From a virus (lineage: Duplodnaviria > Caudoviricetes), in IMG/VR virus record IMGVR_UViG_3300034356_003525, positions 1-28,574 of that record: DNA of 28,574 nucleotides. One strand, given 5' to 3'. Made by a program: the position numbers and the translations under genes. This document shows positions 15,485-23,946 of the stretch, piece after piece (positions within the stretch are counted from its first letter, which is position 1; each line of letters starts with the position of its first letter). The notes under the pieces are model-generated. The model did not search any database. It saw only the letters and a list, made by a program, of their open reading frames with translations, and had not been told where the DNA came from.

Positions 15485-17734
15485 TCAATCTTTATCAAAT
15501 CTCAATCTACATCTGCAGTTTATTGTTAGATGAGGTGGGGCGAATGGGTCTCCTGGAAACCTCAACAATGTCCCACCCATATCAAACGCTTCTAGTACGC
15601 CAACCGACTTACCATGTAGGCCGGCGTGTTCTGGTCTAACTTTTGGGTCTTTTTCCGTAATCCATGTTTTTGTCATTGCTCCTATTGAGCGTCCGGACAA
15701 ATAAGTTCCTGCGTTGTACGCAGTTTGCCCCTCGTGCTCAGCTATGAGTCTTTTCCTCTTCATTAATAGATTTATAAAAATAGCTAAAAGGGCAGCTTTT
15801 AACATTCCGACTTTATCTTCTTCGTCGGACATTGACGAAGCAACAAGAACGGCTGCTGCAACCTCAGATGCTGTGGTGGAATTTACATTTTCCATCCGCT
15901 CCATCTGTGAATCAAGATGTTCTTTTACTGCATCCTCATCCATCTCTGCCTGCATTGATGCTTCTTGCGACACAACACTTGAGGCGTCATTCATTATTCC
16001 GCTAAGTATTGGTCTTATGTCTTCGTTCATCTGTTTATTCCATACGGCTACGTCAAATATCGATTCTGGGTCAAGTGACTTCGATTCAATATTTTTTCTA
16101 GCTTTACTCCCAGCAGCTTTTTCCATAATTACTCTCTGCTGTCTTTCAAAAAATCTTTCAAGTGATGCGTCAAGTATCTCAATCCACCTGTCCGATGATT
16201 CTTCTGCTTTGAAATCCCATTCATCAGATATGTAAGAACCCGCTCCACCGCCCTCTTCTTTTGTCTGTGGCCCACCCATAGCTGTTGCTTGTTGAGCAGC
16301 AATTGCCTCTGCTGTCAAGGCTGATGTCATTCCCTCAGACGGACCGCCCTGTGGGGCTGCTTGAGGACCATATGCCGGAATTGGTATTTCTTGAGGAGCT
16401 GCTGGTGCCCCGGGGGTTGGTGGCATTCCGGGTACTGGTGGCATCCCGGGAACTGGTGCACCGCCTCCCATCATGTCAAGTTGTCCCTGCTGCGCTGGTT
16501 CAAACTTTTTATTTGTGTATCCGATTGGCGTCAAGTTTGGATTAGCAAGCATTGCATCCATTAGCTCGGAGTCAATTTTTCCGCGCCCAGCACCTTCTCT
16601 ATATTCGTTTCCACTTATCAAACCACTTTGGTATTCATTGAGAAGGTATCTGTCTCGTTCCTGCTTATAGAGAACTAGAACTGGAACATCAGTTACATCA
16701 AAGTCAATGTAATATTCTGGGTGAAGTTCGTCCAACCCACGAGCCAGTGTTTCTAGGTGCGGGAGCATTGTTTCATTCCAAAAAACTTTATGTTCTTCTG
16801 AGGCGTTGCTAAATGTTCTTCCGGAAGCATTACCAATAACAGATTCGGGAACTCCAAAAGCTGCGAGTATTTCTTCTTTTTGTATCTGACGCATTTGCAC
16901 ATAGTTTGCATCTCGGGGTGATTGACCCGTATCTACAAAATCAACACCTTCGTCAGAAGAGACAACAGTTACTGCGCCGGCCCTATTTATGTTTCCTCTA
17001 AAACGACTTCTCAATTCATCTTTGTCGTCATCATTAATTTCTCCCCTAACAACAAGAAGGCCACCTGGTCGACCATCATTAAGTAAGAAATTTCTGTTGT
17101 ATATTTTTGACAAGTTCTCAATCTCTATTGCGATACCGGCAGCTTCCATTGGGGTTAATGAAAGGTATGGGTCCAGTGGGTGTGGTTTTCTAATCCACAC
17201 AACATCTTCTGGTTTGAGAATTACTTTTGTGCCATTGCGCATATCAACTTCAAAACCTGAAACAAATCTTTTCGGACAAGGTATTGGAGCAGTGTGTTGC
17301 GGTGGCAAAAGTTGCAGCGCAATTAGCTGACCATCTCTGCCTCTTACTTTTTCAATGAATGCCCCACGGGACGACATAAGCAATTGAGATGAGAGCCTGT
17401 ATCTAAAAACAAATGAGTTCTCACCCATGTTTGATTTGGTGTTTAGTAAGTTGAGGATGCTCTCATCTGACTCTCGAATAATTTTTCCATTTGGACTATT
17501 GTTCTCCCGCAAAATAGCTGGCAATCTTGATTGATTTCCTGCAATTGCATCTATGCACCTATTAACCCAAGTTACCTTTTGGAAACCTTCACGGTACGCT
17601 CTTTCAATATCCCACGAGTCCCTGTAGGGCTTACCAACCATTGAAGGGTTGAACGCAACCGGCGCTCCTGGTCCAAGTGCGGACTTTTGTTGCGACTGGT
17701 CAACTGACTTATTTTGCGATGGGTTCCAAGGCAT
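15485..17734 (-). CDS. Portal protein (HK97 family) fused through a Pro/Gly-rich linker to a MuF (SPP1 gp7-like) domain
   Basis: Portal motifs WVNRCIDAIA, SLTPMEAA, NFLLNDGRPGGLL, EILAAFGVPESVIG; C-terminal KTWITEKDPKVRPEH...FPGDP...INCRC is the MuF signature. Confidence 0.93.
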   Translation of the reverse strand: MPWNPSQNKSVDQSQQKSALGPGAPVAFNPSMVGKPYRDSWDIERAYREGFQKVTWVNRCIDAIAGNQSRLPAILRENNSPNGKIIRESDESILNLLNTKSNMGENSFVFRYRLSSQLLMSSRGAFIEKVRGRDGQLIALQLLPPQHTAPIPCPKRFVSGFEVDMRNGTKVILKPEDVVWIRKPHPLDPYLSLTPMEAAGIAIEIENLSKIYNRNFLLNDGRPGGLLVVRGEINDDDKDELRSRFRGNINRAGAVTVVSSDEGVDFVDTGQSPRDANYVQMRQIQKEEILAAFGVPESVIGNASGRTFSNASEEHKVFWNETMLPHLETLARGLDELHPEYYIDFDVTDVPVLVLYKQERDRYLLNEYQSGLISGNEYREGAGRGKIDSELMDAMLANPNLTPIGYTNKKFEPAQQGQLDMMGGGAPVPGMPPVPGMPPTPGAPAAPQEIPIPAYGPQAAPQGGPSEGMTSALTAEAIAAQQATAMGGPQTKEEGGGAGSYISDEWDFKAEESSDRWIEILDASLERFFERQQRVIMEKAAGSKARKNIESKSLDPESIFDVAVWNKQMNEDIRPILSGIMNDASSVVSQEASMQAEMDEDAVKEHLDSQMERMENVNSTTASEVAAAVLVASSMSDEEDKVGMLKAALLAIFINLLMKRKRLIAEHEGQTAYNAGTYLSGRSIGAMTKTWITEKDPKVRPEHAGLHGKSVGVLEAFDMGGTLLRFPGDPFAPPHLTINCRCRLRFDKD

Positions 17735-17743
17735 TATGTACTT

Positions 17744-17965
17744 TTACTCCATCCCAAGTAAGATTCCGACTGCACCACAAGCAACACCAAAAGTAATAAA
17801 ACCAGCTGGTGGAGATATTAAAAATGTTCCTACGCTCACAAACAGTATAAATGAAGCAATCAATATGTTGGCGATGGTATTCCTTTGGGTCATTTTTGAA
17901 GCAAAAATGCCTATTGCTTTTGTCATTTTTTGAAACTTTTTTTCGCTAGGATTAGCTTGTGCCAT
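17744..17965 (-). CDS. 73-aa membrane protein with two hydrophobic segments
   Basis: ILIASFILFVSVGTFLISPPAGFITFGVACGAVGILLG; similar small membrane genes often precede HK97-type portals. Confidence 0.8.
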   Translation of the reverse strand: MAQANPSEKKFQKMTKAIGIFASKMTQRNTIANILIASFILFVSVGTFLISPPAGFITFGVACGAVGILLGME

Positions 17966-18005
17966 AGTAATCTAAACTTAGCACGACTAATCGACTTGGA
18001 CGACA

Positions 18006-19310
18006 ATGACAAACTGGCAAAAAGTTTTAGAATACCTAGAACCAAGAAAACCTTATTTTTGCCCTGAAACGCCATCTATTACCCAGAAAGTATTCCTAAG
18101 AACATATGCGCTAGAAGCGTTTTTTGGAGGTGCTGCTGGTGGTGGTAAGAGCAGTGCTCTGCTTATGGCGGCAATGCAGTATGTGGATGTGCCAGGTTAT
18201 TCGGCCATTCTTTTTAGAAGAACATATTCGGACCTTTCTCTTCCTGGGGCCCTCATGGACCGATTCAAATCATGGGTCGGCGGGGTTGAGGAGATAAGTT
18301 GGAACAACAACACATATGTGGCAACATTCCCATCTGGGGCAAGAATCTCATTTGGTTACCTAAATAACACCAACGACTACCTCAGATACAAGGGTTCCGA
18401 GTTCCAGTTTATCGGTATGGACGAGGTGACTGAAATACGTGAGTCTGATTACAGGTATTTGTTTTCCAGACTTAGAAGACCCAAAAGTGGCGAGCTCTCC
18501 AAGGTCCCACTGAGAATGCGTTCTGCATCAAACCCTGCCCCCAACTGGGTTAGGCAGAGATTCATAGTTGAAGGAGTGGATGCTGGAAGAATTTTTGTTC
18601 CATCTCTTCTTACCGACAACCCAGGTGTTGACCCAGAATCATACAGACAGGCGCTCGCAGCTCTTGACCCAATTGAAAGAAGACGATTGGAGGAGGGTGA
18701 CTGGTGGGCCACAACCCTAGGAAGCCTTTTTGACAGAACATCCTTTGTGATAATTGACCAATCAGAGGTCCCTCCAGTTGGCGGGAATGCTAGGGCTGTT
18801 AGGTTCTGGGACCTTGCTGCAACAGAACCTTCTGGTAGCAACCCAAACCCTGACTGGACCGTAGGAACATTGGTGCTGTATGACTCCGGGGTTGCCTATG
18901 TCCTAGATGTCAAAAAAGCAAGGGTAAAGGGCGACAAGGTTGAGCAAATGATAGCCCAAACCGCAGCGGAAGACGGGCCAAATGTGTCAATCAGAATGGA
19001 GCAGGAACCAGGCTCCTCCGGCAAGGCGCTGGTTGACCAATACGCAAGATATATACTCCAGGGTTATGATTTCATGGGAATTCGCTCAACTGGTGACAAA
19101 CTAACTAGGGCTCGACCGTTCGCTGCAGCCGTAGCCAACGGGAATGTCAGGGTTGTGCGTGGTCCATGGTTGAGCGATTGGCTTGACGAAATGTCATCCT
19201 TTCCTGAAGCCTGTGACCACGATGACCAGGTTGACTCGGCTGTTGGAGCTTTTACATTTTTAGCTGGTTTGGGCTTGCCTTATCGTCGTCCTACCAGTAT
19301 CATCATCTAA
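18006..19310 (+). CDS. terL: Terminase large subunit
   Basis: Walker A FGGAAGGGKS, Walker B FIGMDE, coupling motif ASNP, nuclease motifs RFWDLAAT, DWTVG and HDDQVDS. Confidence 0.96.
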   Translation: MTNWQKVLEYLEPRKPYFCPETPSITQKVFLRTYALEAFFGGAAGGGKSSALLMAAMQYVDVPGYSAILFRRTYSDLSLPGALMDRFKSWVGGVEEISWNNNTYVATFPSGARISFGYLNNTNDYLRYKGSEFQFIGMDEVTEIRESDYRYLFSRLRRPKSGELSKVPLRMRSASNPAPNWVRQRFIVEGVDAGRIFVPSLLTDNPGVDPESYRQALAALDPIERRRLEEGDWWATTLGSLFDRTSFVIIDQSEVPPVGGNARAVRFWDLAATEPSGSNPNPDWTVGTLVLYDSGVAYVLDVKKARVKGDKVEQMIAQTAAEDGPNVSIRMEQEPGSSGKALVDQYARYILQGYDFMGIRSTGDKLTRARPFAAAVANGNVRVVRGPWLSDWLDEMSSFPEACDHDDQVDSAVGAFTFLAGLGLPYRRPTSIII

Positions 19311-19343
19311 TACAGATTACACCCCTATTAAAAAAGAGGAAAA

Positions 19344-19868
19344 ATGGATACTGAAGTAATTTTTAATGCAGAGCAGTTGGCCGCCCAGGTTTCGGAAATA
19401 TCCAAGAAACTTATGGATGTTGATAGGAATTTTTCGGCCGCCAGGGAACAGGGCGTAGATATTGAAGAATTGTGTACATCTCTCACGATTTTGAATTTTC
19501 TCAAGCAGGAAATTTCATCCGTCTACGACACGGCTGCAAAAATAGTTGCGGACAAGATGGGCTCCGTCCCAATGATTTCCTTAGGTGATGGAACCACTAT
19601 TGAAAAGAAATCTGGTAGTGACCGCAAATCCTGGGACCACGATGGACTAGCATCAATCGTTACACGTAGGCTCGTTGAGATGTCAACCGACCTTGACTCA
19701 GGTGAAATGAATTCGACCATTGACGACATCGCTTCTCAGCTGCTACGTTTTGTCCAGCCCTCTTATTGGCGAATAAAAGAATTATCAAAAATTGGTATCA
19801 ACGCAGACAATTACTGTCAGGTTTCAGACGAAGTAAAAACAAGCATAATTATCCGAAAGGCAAAATGA
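19344..19868 (+). CDS. Hypothetical protein (helical N-terminus), first gene of the recombination cluster
   Basis: AGAGGA upstream; stop overlaps the next start (ATGA). Confidence 0.85.
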   Translation: MDTEVIFNAEQLAAQVSEISKKLMDVDRNFSAAREQGVDIEELCTSLTILNFLKQEISSVYDTAAKIVADKMGSVPMISLGDGTTIEKKSGSDRKSWDHDGLASIVTRRLVEMSTDLDSGEMNSTIDDIASQLLRFVQPSYWRIKELSKIGINADNYCQVSDEVKTSIIIRKAK

Positions 19869-20533
19869 TGAGCAACGAAATTTATCAACTTTTTACAGAA
19901 CCATTCCCACAAGAAATGGAGCGCACACTCAATAAGGGTGGAACTTCTTTGACCTACATCCCAGTTAGCGAAGTGGTTAACAGGATGAATAAGGTTGTTG
20001 GTGTTGGAAAATGGTCGCTGAAAGTCCAAAGCTTTGTTGAAATTGGTGACTCAGTCGTCGCACATGTGACAGTGGTTGCAACCATTGATGGCGACGAAGT
20101 CACTAGGGACGGTGTTGGTGGCCAAAAAATCAAGCGGATAAAGGCAACCGGTCTTGCTGTTGATTACGGCGATGAGGTAAAAGGTGCAGTGTCTGATGCA
20201 TTCAAAAAGGCTGTGCAAACATTTGGAATCGGTTTGTATCTTGCTCGAAGCGAAGACGCAATTGAAATTGAGCAGGTAATGGACGCTGAGGTTTTGCGAC
20301 CTGCGGAACCAGTAGATACCGAGAAGCTTGAGATGTGGAGCAAATTCATGTCAATGACAAAAAAAATGACACCAGAACAAAAAACAACTCTTCGTAAAGA
20401 TTGGGAGACATATAGCAACAATGCTCCGGTGCCAAGCAACGCAGCCAGTCTCACAAACGAGCAGATGATTTTCCTTATTGAGACTGTTGTAAAAATTGAG
20501 TTCAATGGGCAGTTGGCATCGGAAGCAAAGTGA
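19865..20533 (+). CDS. Rad52/Rad22-family single-strand annealing protein (Sak-like)
   Basis: LTYIPVSEVVNRMNKVVGVGKWS, TRDGVG and KGAVSDAFKKAVQTFGIGLYL are Rad52/22 motifs. Start moved from 19766 to the ATGA-coupled ATG at 19865. Confidence 0.9.
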   Translation: MMSNEIYQLFTEPFPQEMERTLNKGGTSLTYIPVSEVVNRMNKVVGVGKWSLKVQSFVEIGDSVVAHVTVVATIDGDEVTRDGVGGQKIKRIKATGLAVDYGDEVKGAVSDAFKKAVQTFGIGLYLARSEDAIEIEQVMDAEVLRPAEPVDTEKLEMWSKFMSMTKKMTPEQKTTLRKDWETYSNNAPVPSNAASLTNEQMIFLIETVVKIEFNGQLASEAK

Positions 20534-21315
20534 TAACCACCACTGAACTGCCATACGAGCTACCTCCGTACTTATCACCATCTTCAATATCAACGTATGT
20601 TCAATGTCCATTGAAGTACAAGTACTCCAGGGTTAATAAGCTCTCAGAACCACCAACAGAAGCAACGCTGATGGGTAATTTTGTTCACGATGTCCTTGAG
20701 TATTTTTATCTAAATGTTGAACCAGTAAACAGGGGTGTTGCTACATTAAAAAATGTTAGTTCCTCTGTCTGGACAAGTGGAGAATGGGAAGAAAAAGTCA
20801 CTCCGTTTATAAAAGATGGACTGAACACTTTTAGGTGGAACTCCTGGTGGTGTCTTGAAAATATTTTTAAAGTTGAATCACCGGTTGACGTAATTCCGTC
20901 TGGAGTGGAAACTGAACTCAACGGAAGTATTGGCGGTTTCAACATCAAGGGATATATTGATAGGTGGTCAACCATTGATGGGCTGACAACAATTTCTGAT
21001 TACAAAACAGGAAAAACTCCAAAAGCTAGATATGTCGGAGACAAATTTACTCAGCTGCTGATTTACGCAATAGTTTTGGCGGATACAAAAGATGTCAAAA
21101 TAGACCTAGTCGAGCTTCTGTACCTAAAAGATGGAACTAAATTTTCTCAAAAATATACAGAAGAAGATGCTGAAAAGGTATCTAAAATGGTTGAGGATGT
21201 TGGAATCAAAATAGGAAATTCTTTTGATGCAAATCAATGGGAAGCAATACCTGCCGTTCTCTGTAACTGGTGTTATTTCAAGCGAGACCTATGTGAATAT
21301 TGGAATAAAAAATAA
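20530..21315 (+). CDS. RecB-like PD-(D/E)xK exonuclease with a four-Cys cluster
   Basis: LSPSSISTYVQCPLKY, GNFVHDVLE, KGYIDR, ISDYKTGK, QLLIYA and CNWC...C. Confidence 0.92.
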   Translation: MITTTELPYELPPYLSPSSISTYVQCPLKYKYSRVNKLSEPPTEATLMGNFVHDVLEYFYLNVEPVNRGVATLKNVSSSVWTSGEWEEKVTPFIKDGLNTFRWNSWWCLENIFKVESPVDVIPSGVETELNGSIGGFNIKGYIDRWSTIDGLTTISDYKTGKTPKARYVGDKFTQLLIYAIVLADTKDVKIDLVELLYLKDGTKFSQKYTEEDAEKVSKMVEDVGIKIGNSFDANQWEAIPAVLCNWCYFKRDLCEYWNKK

Positions 21316-21324
21316 GGAGATTAA

Positions 21325-21864
21325 ATGAATACCGTTTATCACATGATGAGCGATGACGCTTTTGCGCACTTGGTTGCTCAGGACATAAAAAACAACGTAA
21401 ACGATAATCAGCGTCAGTTCTTGCGTGAGTCGCAAAATTTAAAACGCTGGTCTAGGTGTCTTGATGCTCTATTGTCAAACCTTAATGAGCAGGTAGAAGA
21501 AATAGAAGGCGACATGGAGTCTGATACGGAGCAGTATTCTGCACTTGGGGAGGATGGGTCCAAGCTTCTTGCAGAATCAATGCATCATTATCTTGGGCAA
21601 AAACGCAAGATTGAAAAGTTCAGGGGCCATGTGTTGCGAAAGTTAAATGAAGTAGCCGAGTTTATTTCCATGCCTGAGGATGGAGTTTCGTCGGAAGATG
21701 ACATATTGATTATGTGTAGGCAAGCTATAATCAGGCATAGAAAAGAACTAAACGAAAACGATATTGAGCCGACTCCATATGACGAGGCTTTGTGGGAAGT
21801 TCTAAATGGCCGATGGAATTTTGAAGAAATCGAATACGACGAGGCAAACTTAATTGAGATATAG
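21325..21864 (+). CDS. Hypothetical coiled-coil protein
   Basis: AAGGAG 5 nt before the ATG; in operon. Confidence 0.85.
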   Translation: MNTVYHMMSDDAFAHLVAQDIKNNVNDNQRQFLRESQNLKRWSRCLDALLSNLNEQVEEIEGDMESDTEQYSALGEDGSKLLAESMHHYLGQKRKIEKFRGHVLRKLNEVAEFISMPEDGVSSEDDILIMCRQAIIRHRKELNENDIEPTPYDEALWEVLNGRWNFEEIEYDEANLIEI

Positions 21865-22156
21865 GTCTGCTAAAAAAGAAAAAGAATATGTCGAGAGGAG
21901 AAAGCTCGTCGTTCGACTTCTAGAAGAAAAACCATGGTGCGAAGCATGTCCGGTTTTTGCTGAACACGATGAAAAAAAAATGTATAAACGCAATCAATCA
22001 TCCGACTTGCATGAACTCAAACGACGCTCCCAGGGCGGTTCAATTTTAGATGAAGAAAATATAATTTGCGTTTGCAGACCATGTCACACGAGAATAGGAA
22101 ATTATCCCCAACTAGCTTTTGACTTGGGTTTAGCAAAGCATGGCTGGGAAAATTAA
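21854..22156 (+). CDS. HNH endonuclease
   Basis: CEAC...DLHELKRRSQGG...ENIICVCRPCH. Confidence 0.85.
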   Translation: MRYRSAKKEKEYVERRKLVVRLLEEKPWCEACPVFAEHDEKKMYKRNQSSDLHELKRRSQGGSILDEENIICVCRPCHTRIGNYPQLAFDLGLAKHGWEN

Positions 22157-22176
22157 CATCCCGCTGTTTTTAGGGT

Positions 22177-22216
22177 AAAAAAAAGCACCTCACCCATATC
22201 GGATGAGGTGCTTTTT
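22177..22216. terminator. Bidirectional intrinsic terminator
   Basis: A8-GCACCTCACCC-ATATC-GGATGAGGTGC-T5 between convergent genes ending at 22156 and 22232. Confidence 0.9.
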
Positions 22217-22231
22217 ATAATTAAAGCTTAT

Positions 22232-22579
22232 TTAGCTCTCAACCGTGAATGCAACTGTCATGTTTGAACCAGCGGTGCTTGAACCAACAGCTGAGACATC
22301 GAGGCTCACGAGGTCACCTTCAGCGAAGTCGCAGTTGACTGCAGTAAGCGTGCCTGCGTCTGAAGTTCCTGCTGCTGCGATTGAGAAGGCTGCTGCTACA
22401 TCAGAACCGACTTTAAGGTCTGCGGTAAGTGCTGAACCTACTGGGGCTGTGGTGACTGCGACGGTAGCGCCAGTGATAACACCAGCAAACGGCATAGCCA
22501 TCGTGACGATGCTGCTTGTTGCTAGTCCACCAGGAATTGTTAATGTGATGGTTGTCGGTGCGAGTATTGCTGTTGACAT
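22232..22579 (-). CDS. 115-aa Ala/Thr/Val-rich beta protein, possibly a capsid decoration or other virion structural protein
   Basis: AGGAG precedes the ATG at 22579 (MSTAILAPTTITLTIPG...); TATACT further upstream. Function inferred from composition only. Confidence 0.75.
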   Translation of the reverse strand: MSTAILAPTTITLTIPGGLATSSIVTMAMPFAGVITGATVAVTTAPVGSALTADLKVGSDVAAAFSIAAAGTSDAGTLTAVNCDFAEGDLVSLDVSAVGSSTAGSNMTVAFTVES

Positions 22580-22690
22580 TTTTGCTCCTATATTGAATTG
22601 GGTACAAAAAAAAGTATACATGAGGCAGTTTGATTTGAATAGAACTGCACAAAAAATTTGTTTATATTTAACGTTTTTTATATTTGGTTT

Positions 22691-22701
22691 TGGTGTATTG
22701 T
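22691..22701 (+). promoter_or_regulatory. Putative promoter motif TGGTGTATTGT
   Basis: One of four intergenic TGGTRTAnnnT copies; the TAnnnT part fits a -10 hexamer. Confidence 0.5.
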
Positions 22702-22705
22702 TGTA

Positions 22706-22773
22706 ATCCTTAGGACCGTTATAGGCGCGAGGGCCGGGTGCACGAAGCAAAGTGTGGCACCCGGTTCTTGCGT
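22706..22773 (+). ncRNA. Candidate small RNA: 17 nt antisense to 23S rRNA helix 69 followed by a 17-bp hairpin
   Basis: CCTTAGGACCGTTATAG (22708-22724) is the reverse complement of the conserved 23S sequence CTATAACGGTCCTAAGG. 22725-22741 pairs fully with 22757-22773 using four G-U pairs, which works only on the plus strand. Confidence 0.6.
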
Positions 22774-22826
22774 GTAAACAATTAATAGAATTCCTATATT
22801 TATTACCAGTTTCTATAAATATAGTT

Positions 22827-22837
22827 TGGTATAAAAT
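22827..22837 (+). promoter_or_regulatory. Putative promoter motif TGGTATAAAAT
   Basis: Second TGGTRTAnnnT copy, in AT-rich context. Confidence 0.5.
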
Positions 22838-22915
22838 TTCCTCATACGACTTAGTGAGGGGGTGGTCCATTTCTAAACGGGAAACCGTTGCAAGAAATAT
22901 CCTTTACTTGGATTT

Positions 22916-22952
22916 GCCACTGTGGAAAAAAATCACAGTGGCTTCTTGCTTT
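22916..22952 (+). terminator. Hairpin with T-rich tail (terminator or operator)
   Basis: GCCACTGTG-N9-CACAGTGGC followed by TTCTTGCTTT. Confidence 0.45.
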
Positions 22953-22953
22953 A

Positions 22954-22964
22954 TGGTGTAGTTT
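22954..22964 (+). promoter_or_regulatory. Putative promoter motif TGGTGTAGTTT giving a leaderless ruvC transcript
   Basis: Hexamer ends 7 nt before the GTG at 22972; no Shine-Dalgarno is present. Confidence 0.5.
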
Positions 22965-22971
22965 TAATTAA

Positions 22972-23490
22972 GTGAATAGAAAGATAATAGGGCTGGACCT
23001 ATCGCTTACTTCGACCGGGTGGTCATGCGATGGTGAATACGGTGTCATATCTTCAAAGAATAAAAAAACGCAAAGACTTGTTGACATATCAAGCGAAATT
23101 TTAGAAAAATGCTCAAAACATCAAGTTGACACTGTCGTAATTGAGGGTTACTCTTTTGCGTCCAGAAGTGGACAGGCCTTCTCCATAGGTGAGCTTGGCG
23201 GGGTTGTTAGATTCTGTTTACTGAAATCCGGTTTTGAGTTCGTAGAGGTTCCACCCACCGTTAGGGCAAAATTTGCAACCGGTAGGGGTAATGCGGCCAA
23301 ATCGGAAGTTGTTTCATCCATATCTGCAAAAACGGGAATCGTCTGGAGTGGCCCCGGAGCGGACGATATGTGTGATGCCTGGATTTTAGAAGAAATAGGT
23401 TTGGTTCACTATGGACAACAGCGGTTTGATTGGCCTAAACTAAACATGTCAGCGCTTGAAAGCCTTGACTGGACACCAACTACTAGGTAA
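22972..23490 (+). CDS. ruvC: RuvC-like Holliday junction resolvase
   Basis: IIGLDLSLTSTG, VVIEGYSF, GELGGVVR, KFATGRGNAAKSEV and DDMCDAWIL. Confidence 0.9.
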   Translation: MNRKIIGLDLSLTSTGWSCDGEYGVISSKNKKTQRLVDISSEILEKCSKHQVDTVVIEGYSFASRSGQAFSIGELGGVVRFCLLKSGFEFVEVPPTVRAKFATGRGNAAKSEVVSSISAKTGIVWSGPGADDMCDAWILEEIGLVHYGQQRFDWPKLNMSALESLDWTPTTR

Positions 23491-23500
23491 AGGAAAAACA

Positions 23501-23839
23501 TTGAGCAGAAATAGCCCGATTAGCCAGGTCGAAGTTGAAGAAGAGCTCTTGCGTCTCGTCTCTGCCCTTGAAACAGAAACAGAAGCATTTGAGACTCTTG
23601 CGGTTGATGCCGCAAAAAAAGAAGCAGCCTACAGGTCAAACTGGGCAAAATCATACCTTGGAGCAAAGGGCTCAATTAGAGAACGAGAAGCATGGGCTGA
23701 CTATCAAATGAATGACGAGAACTACGATTACAAAATATCGGAAGGTCTTGTAAAAGCAAAACGAGAACAGCTCTTGTCTCTTCGTACATCAATAGATGCT
23801 CTTAGGACGCTCAACGCAAATGTCAGGGCGCAGGTATGA
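23501..23839 (+). CDS. Hypothetical helical protein (112 aa)
   Basis: AAGGA precedes the TTG at 23501, which avoids the overlap implied by the listed 23456 start. Confidence 0.8.
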   Translation: MSRNSPISQVEVEEELLRLVSALETETEAFETLAVDAAKKEAAYRSNWAKSYLGAKGSIREREAWADYQMNDENYDYKISEGLVKAKREQLLSLRTSIDALRTLNANVRAQV

Positions 23840-23946
23840 GGCTGAGCAGGAAAAACAAAAAGTTGTTCCCAGAAAAACTTACAAACGACAAAACTTATTC
23901 ATTCTCAATACTTAAAAACAAAGAAAAAACAAAGAAGAAGAAATGA
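23836..23946 (+). CDS. 36-aa Lys-rich small ORF
   Basis: MRLSRKNKKLFPEKLTNDKTYSFSILKNKEKTKKKK; ATGA overlaps at both ends (23836-23839 and 23943-23946). Below the ORF-track length cutoff. Confidence 0.6.
   Translation: MRLSRKNKKLFPEKLTNDKTYSFSILKNKEKTKKKK

Noticed and set aside
6611-19310. Inteins or introns in the terminase, portal or giant protein
   Set aside because: Terminase is of normal length; no intein N-terminal block paired with a His-Asn-Cys/Ser/Thr end or LAGLIDADG motif was seen.
19766-19864. Listed upstream starts at 19766, 23456 and 26391
   Set aside because: Each overlaps the previous gene; downstream starts with coupling or a Shine-Dalgarno (19865, 23501, 26514) fit better.
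20530-21315. Cas4 / CRISPR system
   Set aside because: No array or other cas genes; context with Rad52/Sak indicates a recombination exonuclease.
22708-22724. rRNA gene fragment or chimeric assembly
   Set aside because: The match to 23S stops at 17 nt on both sides and the flanks are not rRNA-like.
22580-22870. N-terminal extension of the 212-aa minus-strand ORF, and ORF 22752-22961
   Set aside because: A good Shine-Dalgarno sits at the 22579 ATG; the extension crosses AT-rich promoter-like DNA and hairpins.
22921-22937. CRP-like site TGTGG-N7-TCACA
   Set aside because: Spacer is 7 rather than 6 bp and the sequence is better explained as part of a 9-bp hairpin.
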